Part shown: in pieces, positions 45,676-56,211 of the stretch
Numbering within the stretch: position 1 is the stretch's first letter
How the letters are laid out: each line of letters opens with the position of its first letter
From: Candidatus Levybacteria bacterium RIFCSPHIGHO2_02_FULL_40_18
GTDB lineage: Bacteria; Patescibacteriota; Microgenomatia; Levybacterales; GWA1-39-11
Assembly (NCBI GenBank): GCA_001782235.1
Contig: MFOC01000002.1
Span: 42,912 to 106,911 of the forward strand
Reading direction: 5' to 3'
DNA length: 64,000 nucleotides
The notes under the pieces: model-generated
What the model was told of the DNA's origin: nothing
What the model saw: only the letters and a program-made list of their open reading frames with translations
Database searches by the model: none
Made by a program: the position numbers and the translations under genes

Positions 45676-48285
45676 TTAATGGTTATACTTTTTAAGCATT
45701 CTTTTTAAAGTTTTTCTTTTTGAATACAATCCTGTAATTGTAATAAGTCCGATTGTTGTAGCGCTTATTCCTGCCCCTATTTTAAATGAATCCGGAGAAT
45801 AGTACATTCGGATAACATGCTTCCCTTTTTGAGGGATTATTACCCCCTTCACTAACCCGTCAGCCATATAGACGGTTACTGGCTTACCACCAAGTTCTGC
45901 CTTCCATCCAGGATAATATGAGTCGCTGAATTGCAGAACCGCATTATCTTTTTGAGATTCCATCTCAAAAATCAAATCTTCAGGGGTAAACTTTTGAATT
46001 GAAACAGTGCCGGGCGACGCATTCTGAGAAGAAAGTTTTTTAAAAACCTCGGATAAAGTTTCACCATTCCTATCAGAATAACTCCATGCTGGTTTATTTG
46101 TCCAAATGGATCCTGACCTTGCATGTAAGCTTTCGTATTCAATCCACTTACTTTTTAACTCTATAATTTTCCCAGTATTTTGATAATCGCCCTTTATTGT
46201 TTCAAAAGTATCCTTATTTCTAATTCGGGGGCCAACCAGTATTAGAATCGGAAAATTTTTGAGTTCTTCAATTGTGTAATCTTCAAGATCTTTTTTTAAA
46301 GAAAGAATTGTTATTTTTTTCTCGTCAAAATCGGGATGAAACATTAGTTGTTTTGCAATAAACCCAGAGAAGTCATTAAAACGATTGTCAGAGATAAGAA
46401 GAATAGGATTTGAAATGACAGTTATTTTAGGCAATACATTCCTATCGTAAAAGATTCCCCCTTCTCCTGTTGTTGCCATTGGAGCAAGGCGTGTTTCAAG
46501 ATAATCACATACACCATCCTCTGGTTTTTTTACTTCATCTTCAATAGTATTTTCAAGATTTATTTTCGGCAGGTCCAATCTGTTACATCCCTCATACTCA
46601 AAATATTCTCTTTGTTGCATAACAAATCTTGTATTTAAAACGCTGAATATTTTAAATCTTTTTTTTGTTACCTCTAAGCTATCTTGAGTGCTACCTTTTT
46701 GAATAACCGAATCTTCATAGGTTGGTACAACTTTGGCATAGAAAGGGGATAATGAATAAATATTACCTTCTAGCAAGTCTGCATTAGAAAGATTATAGAA
46801 ATCACTAGTAAAATTTGAGTATAATCTTCCCTCTGGTTTATAAACGTTAAAAACGTGAAGTAAAATGGCTAAGAGATTGGTTGTTTTTATGCTTGTATAG
46901 GGTGGATTATTATAATCTTGAGTTTTAATGATATTAATTGGTTCATTTTTAACTTTTTCTAGTAAATTGATACTATTTGTAAGACTTGCTGATTTAAAAG
47001 AGGTCTGAATAAATGTGACAGTGGAAAAAATGAGAATCATTCCAAAAATGTATCCAAAAAATCTAATTATAAAATGTCTTTTTTGTCTTATTAAAAGGTC
47101 AAGACCTAGAGCAACACAAACCATAAATGCAAATTGTATGATAATCATGAAACGAAAAGGATACTTGTTGGAATTGAAACCTGGAAGAAAATTATATATT
47201 AACGAGTAAAAATCAATTGGGACCTGATTAGCTAGATATCCCCATATGCCAATAATTAACAAGCCTAAAAATATTCCATGCAATAGAGATCGCTTTAATA
47301 AAAAATAGATAAAGCAAATAAGAACAAGGAAAATACCTATGTCATTTGCCCATTGTGTAAAAGAAGTAGTATGCCCAGGAGTAATAAAAAAATTACGTAA
47401 ACGATCCCAGAGCACAGAAAATGGCTGAATATCAACTTCTGATTCAGAAAGAGAAAGAAGACTTCTTGATGAAAGAGATCGGAATTCCAGTAATGGAATT
47501 AGTTTTACTGCTGAAATCCCAATGAATCCAACCCAAAAAACAACATTTAAAGATAAATATGAAAAAAAATGTTTGAGAAAATTTAAATTTCTCTCTTTTC
47601 TATTTTCCCACAAAAACCGCAAACCTAACATAAGCATTATCCATAAGAGCACTATTGAATTGTAGTGGAAAACATAATATGTGTTGTCAAAAAAATGCAA
47701 AGACATAATAATAGCTCCGATAATCATGTATAGGTAATTTTTTTTCATTATTCCAAGCCATACAAACATAACTGTAAGAGGAAGAAGCATAACTCCTATG
47801 AATTCTTCAAACCAACCATTTACACCAAACAAAAATGCATATTGGTTAGCCACATAAGGAATGCTAATAAGAAAACTCGTAGTCCGAGAAAGCTTTAGAA
47901 CTCTTAATAGAAAATAAAATGCTACAGATGCAAATGAAATATAAAAAAGTTCCATAAATCGAGCCGCTGATGCAGGATCATTAAAAAAAATAATAGTTAA
48001 CCAAGCAATAGGAGAAAAATGGTAACCGCTTGGATGACTTATTAATGACATACCCGATAAGAGAAACTGATTCCATAATGCAAATTGACCATAGTGAATA
48101 AGTGAGTATTTCATTACTATTGCAATATATCCGTTAAATCGTGCGGCATCTCCAAAAATAATTGTTTTAGGAGCTGTTATTAAAAATTGATAGGTAAATA
48201 CTGTGATCAAAACCAGCAATAGACCAATTAGAATATCTTTCAAATGACCAGAAGATAAATTTATTTTTTTAAAGATTTTTTTCAT
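45676..48285 (-). CDS. YfhO-like GT-C superfamily membrane protein (869 aa)
   Basis: N-terminal region FGDAARFNGYIAIVMKYSLIHYGQFALWNQFLLSGMSLISHPSGYHF resembles the YfhO family. ~14 TM helices, then a ~450-aa extracytoplasmic C-terminal domain. Confidence 0.5.
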   Translation of the reverse strand: MKKIFKKINLSSGHLKDILIGLLLVLITVFTYQFLITAPKTIIFGDAARFNGYIAIVMKYSLIHYGQFALWNQFLLSGMSLISHPSGYHFSPIAWLTIIFFNDPASAARFMELFYISFASVAFYFLLRVLKLSRTTSFLISIPYVANQYAFLFGVNGWFEEFIGVMLLPLTVMFVWLGIMKKNYLYMIIGAIIMSLHFFDNTYYVFHYNSIVLLWIMLMLGLRFLWENRKERNLNFLKHFFSYLSLNVVFWVGFIGISAVKLIPLLEFRSLSSRSLLSLSESEVDIQPFSVLWDRLRNFFITPGHTTSFTQWANDIGIFLVLICFIYFLLKRSLLHGIFLGLLIIGIWGYLANQVPIDFYSLIYNFLPGFNSNKYPFRFMIIIQFAFMVCVALGLDLLIRQKRHFIIRFFGYIFGMILIFSTVTFIQTSFKSASLTNSINLLEKVKNEPINIIKTQDYNNPPYTSIKTTNLLAILLHVFNVYKPEGRLYSNFTSDFYNLSNADLLEGNIYSLSPFYAKVVPTYEDSVIQKGSTQDSLEVTKKRFKIFSVLNTRFVMQQREYFEYEGCNRLDLPKINLENTIEDEVKKPEDGVCDYLETRLAPMATTGEGGIFYDRNVLPKITVISNPILLISDNRFNDFSGFIAKQLMFHPDFDEKKITILSLKKDLEDYTIEELKNFPILILVGPRIRNKDTFETIKGDYQNTGKIIELKSKWIEYESLHARSGSIWTNKPAWSYSDRNGETLSEVFKKLSSQNASPGTVSIQKFTPEDLIFEMESQKDNAVLQFSDSYYPGWKAELGGKPVTVYMADGLVKGVIIPQKGKHVIRMYYSPDSFKIGAGISATTIGLITITGLYSKRKTLKRMLKKYNH

Positions 48286-48316
48286 TTATTTCCGGTATAA
48301 AGAATGACTATTTCAA

Positions 48317-49246
48317 TCACAAATAAAGCTTTTTAATGAGGTACTGTGGTCTTTTTCTAATTTCATCGTAAATCCTCCATAAATATTCTCCTATGACTCC
48401 AAGCATCATCATAATTAATCCTGAGGCAATTAGTAATACAATCATTATAGGTGCATATCCTTGAAATGGGATATCGTTAAACAATCGTGCAAAAAGAACT
48501 ACTAATGCATATATAAATCCTAAAAATGACGTCATAACGCCGATAAAAGACATTATCCTTATTGGCAAATAAGAGGTATTGATAAATCCGTCAATAAAAT
48601 ACTTAATTTTCTTTGTGAAATTCCATTGAGATTTTCCTATTACTCTTTTTAACCGTTTATACTTTATGAAATAGGGTTCGTATCCTAACCAAAGAAGATC
48701 TCCCTGAATGAAAGAATTTCGCTCATCAAAGCTCAATACCCTTTTATATACCTCATTATCTACTAAAAAATAATCAAAACCTCCCGCCGGCATTTTTGGA
48801 ACAGCTACCTTAATTAGGCTATAAAATATTTTAGATGTAATTTTAGAAATAAAATCATCTTCTCTATCTATTCTTGCACAAGCAACCACTTTGTAACCCT
48901 TATTCCATTTTTCAATCATTTTTGTAATAAGGTCAGGCGGATCTTGTAAATCGGCCGAGATATGTATAAGAAGATTCCCCTTCGCATGCTGAAAACCTGC
49001 AAGTATTGCGGACTGCTGCCCAAAATTCCTTACAAAATCTATTACTGTAACATTCCTGTCAACTTTCTTTATTTTCAGCAACTCATTCAAAGAATTATCA
49101 TCCGAGCCGTCGTTGATAAATATAATTTCATAAGCATATCTGCTTAATAATTCTCTTAATACGGAGATAAGACTTATGTAGGTCTTGTACAATGTCCCTT
49201 CATTTCTATAAACAGGAACAACTACCGAAATCAGCTTTTTTTTCAT
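48317..49246 (-). CDS. GtrB/ArnC/DPM1-like polyprenyl-phosphate sugar synthase (GT2 with C-terminal TM hairpin)
   Basis: VVVPVYRNEGTL...INDGSDDNS...RNFGQQSAILAGF...ADLQDPP catalytic core plus two C-terminal TM helices ending GVIGEYLWRIYDEIRKRPQYLI. Confidence 0.8.
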   Translation of the reverse strand: MKKKLISVVVPVYRNEGTLYKTYISLISVLRELLSRYAYEIIFINDGSDDNSLNELLKIKKVDRNVTVIDFVRNFGQQSAILAGFQHAKGNLLIHISADLQDPPDLITKMIEKWNKGYKVVACARIDREDDFISKITSKIFYSLIKVAVPKMPAGGFDYFLVDNEVYKRVLSFDERNSFIQGDLLWLGYEPYFIKYKRLKRVIGKSQWNFTKKIKYFIDGFINTSYLPIRIMSFIGVMTSFLGFIYALVVLFARLFNDIPFQGYAPIMIVLLIASGLIMMMLGVIGEYLWRIYDEIRKRPQYLIKKLYL

Positions 49247-49252
49247 TGCAAC

Positions 49253-49849
49253 TTATAATTCCTGGTCTTTTAAAAATTTTATTTCTTTTTCAAGAAGTTC
49301 TCTCGATCTTTTTTTTATAAATTTAGCCGGAATACCACCGTAAATACAAAAACTTTTACAGTTATTCTTAATGAGTGAAAGAGCCCCAACGCAGACTCCG
49401 TCTTCAAGTATTATGTTTGGAAGAATTATGCTACCCGACCCAACTATAACATGCTTTCCAATATTAACATCTCCGTGAGTCACGTTGGTAAATTTTGGAT
49501 CAACTGTAGGATTTGTCATATACTCCCCTGAATAATCATCGCTGCTTGAATAGATAGAAACTCTTGATGAAATTGTTGAAAAATCACCAACAGTTATTTT
49601 CTCTTTGCCAATCAAAGAAGCAAATACAGAGATATGAATGTTTTTACCGATCCAAATACCTCCGCTCCCTGCTGATAAAACGCAAAAATCATCAATTCTG
49701 GAATTATCCCCTATTGAAATATTGCTCGTATTATGGAAAGAGGCCTTCGGTGAGATTTTTAGATTCTTGCCTAAATGCTTGAAGCCAAATTTATTTAATT
49801 GAGGTCTTGTTAAAAATGCCATATTATGATACTTCCTTCTGGGACGCAA
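49253..49849 (-). CDS. hexapeptide-repeat acetyltransferase (likely amino-sugar N-acetyltransferase)
   Basis: LbH repeats IGDNSRIDDFCVLSAGSGGIWIGKNIHI...IGKHVIVGSGSIILPNIILEDGVCVGALS. Gene overlaps the DegT aminotransferase gene. Confidence 0.75.
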   Translation of the reverse strand: MRPRRKYHNMAFLTRPQLNKFGFKHLGKNLKISPKASFHNTSNISIGDNSRIDDFCVLSAGSGGIWIGKNIHISVFASLIGKEKITVGDFSTISSRVSIYSSSDDYSGEYMTNPTVDPKFTNVTHGDVNIGKHVIVGSGSIILPNIILEDGVCVGALSLIKNNCKSFCIYGGIPAKFIKKRSRELLEKEIKFLKDQEL

Positions 49850-50912
49850 TAATTAGTTTCGCAATTAAATTCACTTCCTCTTTAGATAACGACTCATATA
49901 AAGGAAGGCACATAATTCTCCTTGCTATATCTTCCGACACTGGACAGCTATACTTTTTGACGTAATTTAATGTATTTAGAGATGGATAAAAATATCTTCG
50001 CGGAAAAATATTGTGCTTATTTAAACTGTTTTTTACTCTCAAAAGCTCGGATTCTGATTCAAATATGACTGGATAATACGAATAATTATATTCTAAATTC
50101 TCAAAGAGCCCCGGTCTGGTTAATTTAGCCCTCTTAAGTGCTTCATCGTAAAGTTTGGAGAGCTTTCTTCTCCTTGATATAAAGGTCTTAACTTTTGGGA
50201 GTATGGCAAGTCCCATAGCAGCATGGAATTCTGTATTCTTCCCATTTATACCTAATCCAAAAAAGGATTCCTCCCCGTTATGTCCAAAGTTGCGCATGTA
50301 AGAAATTTTATGAGCAAACTGGTCGTCTGAAGTGGTTATAGCTCCTCCCTCAACGGTATGAAAGATCTTTGTTGCGTGGAAACTTAGAATAGATATATCT
50401 CCAAAGTTAACCAAGGGAATTTTTTTATATTTAACACCAAATGCATGCGCGGCATCGTATATGATTTTAAGTTTGTTTTTCTTTGCAATCTTTCCAATCG
50501 CCTCAACATCGCAAGAATTTCCATATACGTGGACAGCCAATATCGCCTTTGTTTTTGAGGTAATGGCTTTTTGAATTTTTTTTACATCAATAGTTAATGT
50601 TCCTGGATCAATATCAACAAAAATCGGCCTACAATGCTCCCAAACTATTGACGAGGTTGACGCTACATAAGAGAAAGGCGTGGTTATTATCTCTCCATCT
50701 TTCAGGTCAAGAGCGCGTATAGCAATCTGCAAAGCGGTAGTACCATTGGAAACGAAAAATAAATGTTTAACCTCTAAATATTTTTTAAGTTTCTTTTCAA
50801 GACTAAGTACGTATTTACTGTGGTTTGTGATAAATCCGCTCTTCCATATCTCCTCAACATATTTGATATATTCTTTGATAGGCGGAAGATATGTTTTAGT
50901 TACGGTAATCAT
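49824..50912 (-). CDS. DegT/DnrJ/EryC1/StrS-family PLP-dependent sugar aminotransferase
   Basis: Conserved layout with NGTTALQIA, DAAHAFG and the Schiff-base lysine in SFHATK. Confidence 0.85.
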   Translation of the reverse strand: MITVTKTYLPPIKEYIKYVEEIWKSGFITNHSKYVLSLEKKLKKYLEVKHLFFVSNGTTALQIAIRALDLKDGEIITTPFSYVASTSSIVWEHCRPIFVDIDPGTLTIDVKKIQKAITSKTKAILAVHVYGNSCDVEAIGKIAKKNKLKIIYDAAHAFGVKYKKIPLVNFGDISILSFHATKIFHTVEGGAITTSDDQFAHKISYMRNFGHNGEESFFGLGINGKNTEFHAAMGLAILPKVKTFISRRRKLSKLYDEALKRAKLTRPGLFENLEYNYSYYPVIFESESELLRVKNSLNKHNIFPRRYFYPSLNTLNYVKKYSCPVSEDIARRIMCLPLYESLSKEEVNLIAKLIIASQKEVS

Positions 50913-50922
50913 CTTTTATACA

Positions 50923-51609
50923 TTATTTCTTTGCGATTATAAATACGGGCGAATTAATAAAAGTTGATTTTATTGCTATGGGGAATATTAAATGTAAGTG
51001 TTTACTGAGTTTATAAAAAAAGGGGAGAAAAGAAACTTGCCTAATAGATAACTTGGTAAATCCGTTTTTTTTAAATATTTTTTTCCATTCGTTAAGCGAT
51101 TTAACATTTATATGCGTGGGGTCGTTTGACAAATCAGTTTGGGCATTTGGTGTCGAACATATAAGTACACCGTTTTTTTTGAGTTTATTTTTCATATTGA
51201 TTATCGCATGTTCTGGATTTTTCAAATGCTCAATTACTTCAAAGGCTATAATTATATCAAAAGTCCCCATCAACGGTATACGTTTTTCTACGTCAAACAC
51301 GTGAAATGAGATGTTTTTTTTAAGTTTCTTTGCAAGTTTTTCTGCTTTACTAACTGCATATTTTGAAATATCCGAAGCATGAACTTCAAAACCGCGTTCG
51401 TAAAAAATATTACTCGCGCCTCCTATCGAACAGCCAATCTCCAAAACCTTACGGCCTACGCCATTTTTAAGGTCAACAAATTTATCAAGATAGGAAATCC
51501 AACCATAAAACCAATTTATAGAACGATCCAAATCCCCTTCTTTAAATTCGCCAACATTCCTCGTATAATAACCAGTGAAATACCCCTTTTCAAATTTGCG
51601 CCTTTGCAT
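50923..51609 (-). CDS. class I SAM-dependent methyltransferase
   Basis: Motif I VLEIGCSIGGAS and motif II region. Clear paralog of 55522..56211. Confidence 0.75.
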   Translation of the reverse strand: MQRRKFEKGYFTGYYTRNVGEFKEGDLDRSINWFYGWISYLDKFVDLKNGVGRKVLEIGCSIGGASNIFYERGFEVHASDISKYAVSKAEKLAKKLKKNISFHVFDVEKRIPLMGTFDIIIAFEVIEHLKNPEHAIINMKNKLKKNGVLICSTPNAQTDLSNDPTHINVKSLNEWKKIFKKNGFTKLSIRQVSFLPFFYKLSKHLHLIFPIAIKSTFINSPVFIIAKK

Positions 51610-52049
51610 TAAGCCTCGTGTAAACTTACTCTTTCAATTATTAGTTGTCTTATAACATAAGTTAGGATAAAAACATACGCCGCAAATCCCAAAACGTCGG
51701 AAGCAAATTCAAGCTCAATAACTGTAAAGGGAATGGCAAGAATAAACATTGCAATTCCAAAAATGAGTGTTCTTTTATTGGTTATGTATTCCCTAAGGAG
51801 GAGATTAGCAAGAATCCATAGTATCGCAGCTATGTAGTAATAATACTTGTCAATAATATTAAAGTAAGGAAGAGTATTAAGAAACACTAAGAACTGATAG
51901 GTAAAAACCAAAAATACAATTTGAGGCAAATAATCCCTAAAGAACTTAGTAGGTGTCCTAAATGACTTTTTTATTTTTTCCGAAAGATTGTCCAACATAC
52001 TCCAACAATAATAGTGAAAATTGTAGCTACCGTCAAATACGCACCCCAC
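51609..52049 (-). CDS. small polytopic membrane protein (possible GtrA-like flippase; start probably at internal Met)
   Basis: 3-4 hydrophobic helices in ~130 aa. Overlaps the 3' end of the upstream gene. Functional guess comes from context only. Confidence 0.25.
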   Translation of the reverse strand: MGCVFDGSYNFHYYCWSMLDNLSEKIKKSFRTPTKFFRDYLPQIVFLVFTYQFLVFLNTLPYFNIIDKYYYYIAAILWILANLLLREYITNKRTLIFGIAMFILAIPFTVIELEFASDVLGFAAYVFILTYVIRQLIIERVSLHEA

Positions 52050-55000
52050 ATGTATATCTTTTGAGGATAGTAATATAAGTTAACTTTTTTTTGTATACCA
52101 TCTTTTACATACCACCCATTTGTGAATCCTCCTGAGGGGTAGTGCGCATCAGTATCGAATGGTATACATTCTTTACCTTCCTCACAGAAACGCCAGAATT
52201 TTCCATAGCTTTCGCGCATAACTAAAGTAACCGGATCTTTGCTTGGCTTAACATTTATATTGTATTCAACTGGACTTATCTTCTCAAAGTCTGAAACATA
52301 TTCATTTTCTTGCGTTGCTCTTTGTTTTTGATAAAAGACTACCACAGGAAATGAAATTTTATAGAGAGCAACATCCTGAATTTCTATTATATTCTGACCA
52401 GGATCAATAAATCTTAAGTCTTCTCTTCCTTTAATACCTTGCTCCTGACTAAGAGACACGAACCCATTACATAGGTTTATTTTTATTCTATCTCCTACTG
52501 GCCTTACTAATTCATTATGAGTTGCCCAAGCACGACTATTAGGGATAAATGATTCCCGTATCCTGAGTCTTGGAATTTTCACTTTTGGATCATTAACATA
52601 GAAACTTAAATCATTTTTATCAGTTAAGTTTCTATAACTAAATGAAACTATGTATTCAGCTCCCAAGGTCTCAAGATTGTTAACTGAATAAGTCATGCAT
52701 TTATTTCTACTTTCAAGATTCATGGAAATCTTATTGCCGTCTCTAATAATCCCTCCTGTACCATCAGGAAACTCAGGTTTTACAGAGGAAATAAGATTAG
52801 ATAGTGTTGAGTCTTGAAAAGCCAGATGAACTTGATTTTGTGTAAAGTTCATTTTTCCAAAATATAACCAATCACTTACCTCCGCAATCGGAGCAAGGGA
52901 TACATTGTTTTCTTGTACTGATATTCTTGAGCCCGATGAATCTCCCACGGGATTTGAAAAGCTATTCTTCTTAGCGTATATATCGTAGCTTCCCGTTTTA
53001 GGAAGATCAAAAATATATCTTTTATCTATTATGTCTTGCGTAACCCATTGTTTTTGGTCTGTAATTTTTTTAATTTCCAATAACTCATCGTAAGCTAACG
53101 AAAAACCTTTTCTATGATCTATATTAAGTATTGGATTATCAAAAATCGAATCAATAAGCGTAACCTCTTGTAATAAGTGTCCGTTAATAGTTCGCGCTAA
53201 TCTATTTTCTTCTTTACCGCTAACGCTCCAACGCTTTGATACCAAATCTTTGAGTTCGACGATTGCTTTATTGTATCCATCTACTGCTCTTTGCAAGAAT
53301 TGTAATTTTTCTTTTGAATCTATCATCCATTTTGCTTCCACAATTCTTCTATCAGCGATAGTTAGATAATGGTTAACTAGTGAGGAAAAGTCACGTGCTT
53401 GTTCGCGAATCCTATCTTCTCGATATAAAATTAAAGGATAAAGAACAGAACCAGGTAGAATTTTAGGATTGTAATAAGTGAATCCAAAAAACTCTTCTTT
53501 TAAGTTACACTGTATACATTCTGGAGCAACAAATATATCTGTTGCTTCATTCGCGTAATATGAAAATTTTTTAGGTTCAAGATCAGCCATAAAGAGAGGA
53601 CTTGTTGGATCAAACCCAGGGAAAGAAACAATGTTTTTTAATTCTCCCTGTAAAAAATTAAGCTTTGGAGTGATTGTTATTCTATACGATCTATCTGTAT
53701 CCGCGATGTCATACACTTTCCATTTCCCAAATGTTTTTTCAAGCTTAAACTTAGGATTATTATCAAGAATCTTCCCATAGATCGCAGGATTAGTTGTCCC
53801 CCATGAAATGTTCTGCCAATCAAAATCTTCATGTACTATGACTCCATCAATTGCAAATACTTCAGTAAAGTCAGTAAAACTTTTAATATCCTCATGAAGC
53901 AAAGCGCTATACATTTGTTTCATTAAAAATCTTTCACTCTGAGGAACCAAAAAAGTATTCTGAACATAAGAATTTTTAGCCATTAGACTATTTATTGGGG
54001 CTGCGCTCCAATATCCCCATTGATATGCGATATATCCCGTATCGCTTATCTCAGGAACTATAAGATATCGCCTTGTCGGATTTTGTTGATTTACCCATTT
54101 ACCAAAATCGAAAACATATTGTGGTACGTTAACGCGGGTTGAAAGCTCTTTTCCTGGCTCACTCGAATAATCAAAAAAAGATCCGCTTATGATTGGGTAA
54201 TGGTATAGTACATAAAGCACGGTAAATAGACCTATTAAAACAAAATGAATGGGGGGAATAAATATTTTTTTTGTTTTAGCAAACTGCTCAAATCGCGAAA
54301 ATATCACATCAAGAGTAAAACCAATTAGAATACCGTACACAAACCATTGAACATAATCGAATTTGTAAAAATTACTTCTAAATATTGCGAATCCGGGAAT
54401 ATATAGAATAAAGAATTCATAGATAATACCAAGTTGTGACTTAGGACCAGCGGCAAAAATTAAAGTCACTAAGCTAATTAAAACAAAAAGATAAATAAAG
54501 AATTTTTCTCTTTTTATTTTTACAAGCAACAAAGACCCGTAAGCCGCAAGAGGAAAAAAGAAGCTTGCAACTATTAAAAACGGATTTAATAAAAAGTTTC
54601 CCGCATATGAGTGATATGCATTTAAATACCACTCTGGTATTCCCTGACCTCTAAAAAGGTTTATAAATGTAGATCCTTTTGAAAGATATTCTGACCAAGC
54701 CAGTGCCCCTTGCGCACCCCCTGCAAGAGCTAAATCCCGAGAGTAAAAACCCAAAATATAGTAGATGTAGGGGAAAAACCAATATGCACTGAGCAAAAGG
54801 TACAAAATACCTACTCCAAAAAAATAGAGTATTGTTTTTCGGAGCGTCTGAAAACTCCTTTCAATAAAATTGAAGTACAAAGCTGAGAGTACCAAAAAGA
54901 TTATAAGCCCTCCATAGAGAGGAAAACTTCCACCGCCATTCAAAATACCAAGCGTTATACCTGTCCCCAAAACAGATTTTAAAAGACTTATCTTTTTTGT

Positions 55001-55603
55001 GAAATAAGAAAAAGTAAAATAAGCGACTAGTGGGAGTGCCGCGTAGATGCTAAATTTAGTTTGCTCAGCAACAAACCATGCCTGTAGCAAATAAAAATTG
55101 ATCATGTAAACCAAAGAGGCTATAAGAGGCAAATATTTTTTGTCTGGCCAGAATTTGTATGCAAAAAAATACATGGTAAAACCGGGAAGCGTGAACCAGA
55201 AAATAAAATTTATAAGCTGATCAGCTTTCAATGAAAAACCAATCCAGACTAAAAAGGCTTGTAATCCATGTATAGGTAACGCACCCAAAAGTCCATAGCT
55301 CTGGTCGGTTCCAATTCCCAGACGTTGCGACCATACGGAAAACCTGTCAAGAAAATGGGTTATTGGATCAAAGGGAAAACCTGCGTCGTGCCCAAACAAC
55401 ATCGTTTGACCGGGAAACCATAAAAGAGGTAGAAGCCCAATAAGAAAGACAATTAAAAGATCAAATAATATTCTTTTCCTCATTAAAAGAAGCTGAAGAT
55501 TAAGCATTATACCAATAAATCTCACTTTTTCGCAAAGATAAATACTGTCGAAAGAAACCAAGTAGTCGAAGAAGCAAACGGCAATATAAGATTTAATCTC
55601 CAA
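51971..55603 (-). CDS. 1210-aa polytopic membrane protein with large extracytoplasmic domain (GT-C / YfhO-AftD-Emb-like)
   Basis: ~16 TM helices in the first ~480 aa, including the loop GQTMLFGHDAGFPFDPITHF. Then a ~700-aa soluble domain and a C-terminal TM anchor. Confidence 0.45.
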   Translation of the reverse strand: MEIKSYIAVCFFDYLVSFDSIYLCEKVRFIGIMLNLQLLLMRKRILFDLLIVFLIGLLPLLWFPGQTMLFGHDAGFPFDPITHFLDRFSVWSQRLGIGTDQSYGLLGALPIHGLQAFLVWIGFSLKADQLINFIFWFTLPGFTMYFFAYKFWPDKKYLPLIASLVYMINFYLLQAWFVAEQTKFSIYAALPLVAYFTFSYFTKKISLLKSVLGTGITLGILNGGGSFPLYGGLIIFLVLSALYFNFIERSFQTLRKTILYFFGVGILYLLLSAYWFFPYIYYILGFYSRDLALAGGAQGALAWSEYLSKGSTFINLFRGQGIPEWYLNAYHSYAGNFLLNPFLIVASFFFPLAAYGSLLLVKIKREKFFIYLFVLISLVTLIFAAGPKSQLGIIYEFFILYIPGFAIFRSNFYKFDYVQWFVYGILIGFTLDVIFSRFEQFAKTKKIFIPPIHFVLIGLFTVLYVLYHYPIISGSFFDYSSEPGKELSTRVNVPQYVFDFGKWVNQQNPTRRYLIVPEISDTGYIAYQWGYWSAAPINSLMAKNSYVQNTFLVPQSERFLMKQMYSALLHEDIKSFTDFTEVFAIDGVIVHEDFDWQNISWGTTNPAIYGKILDNNPKFKLEKTFGKWKVYDIADTDRSYRITITPKLNFLQGELKNIVSFPGFDPTSPLFMADLEPKKFSYYANEATDIFVAPECIQCNLKEEFFGFTYYNPKILPGSVLYPLILYREDRIREQARDFSSLVNHYLTIADRRIVEAKWMIDSKEKLQFLQRAVDGYNKAIVELKDLVSKRWSVSGKEENRLARTINGHLLQEVTLIDSIFDNPILNIDHRKGFSLAYDELLEIKKITDQKQWVTQDIIDKRYIFDLPKTGSYDIYAKKNSFSNPVGDSSGSRISVQENNVSLAPIAEVSDWLYFGKMNFTQNQVHLAFQDSTLSNLISSVKPEFPDGTGGIIRDGNKISMNLESRNKCMTYSVNNLETLGAEYIVSFSYRNLTDKNDLSFYVNDPKVKIPRLRIRESFIPNSRAWATHNELVRPVGDRIKINLCNGFVSLSQEQGIKGREDLRFIDPGQNIIEIQDVALYKISFPVVVFYQKQRATQENEYVSDFEKISPVEYNINVKPSKDPVTLVMRESYGKFWRFCEEGKECIPFDTDAHYPSGGFTNGWYVKDGIQKKVNLYYYPQKIYMWGAYLTVATIFTIIVGVCWTIFRKK

Positions 55604-56211
55604 TTAAGCCTATATAAATATGGCGGGAAAAAAGTTACTCTTTTAATTCGTACATTAGAAAAACCTGCCTCTAAAAATAATCCTCTCCATTCTTCGTGAT
55701 TTTTAACACTTATGTGCGTTGGGTCCTGAATTTTATAGTCAAAATCATTTTGCGTTGAGATAATTGCCCATCCCTTAGGCTTTAAAGTGTTATATATATT
55801 TTTAATTGCAAGTTCGGGCCATTCCAAATGTTCTAAGACATCAAAAGCCATAACATAATCAAATTTTTCTTTAAGCGGTTTTTGAATATCGTGCGTTTTA
55901 AATGTGATTGAGGGATGAATTTTTTTAGCACGTTCTATGGCAAACTTTGAAATATCAGTTGCGGTTACTTTAAGCCCGTATTCATCAAGAACAATTGCGG
56001 CAGCACCATAGGCGCAACCAAATTCTATAATGCTTTTCCCTTTGGAATTTTTAATCGGAACAAATTTGTTCACATAATTTAAACCTCCTCTGAACCAATT
56101 GGATAACTCCCTATCCCTTTTTTCACTAAATTCTCCCACTTCGCTTTTATAAAAACCTTCAAAGTAAGTATCTTCAAACTTCTTATTTTTTCTCATATCG
56201 AACTTATTCAC
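55522..56211 (-). CDS. class I SAM-dependent methyltransferase (paralog of 50923..51609)
   Basis: IIEFGCAYGAAA motif I. Alignable along its full length with the other MTase, e.g. the shared C-terminal hydrophobic tail FIFAKK. Confidence 0.75.
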   Translation of the reverse strand: MNKFDMRKNKKFEDTYFEGFYKSEVGEFSEKRDRELSNWFRGGLNYVNKFVPIKNSKGKSIIEFGCAYGAAAIVLDEYGLKVTATDISKFAIERAKKIHPSITFKTHDIQKPLKEKFDYVMAFDVLEHLEWPELAIKNIYNTLKPKGWAIISTQNDFDYKIQDPTHISVKNHEEWRGLFLEAGFSNVRIKRVTFFPPYLYRLNWRLNLILPFASSTTWFLSTVFIFAKK

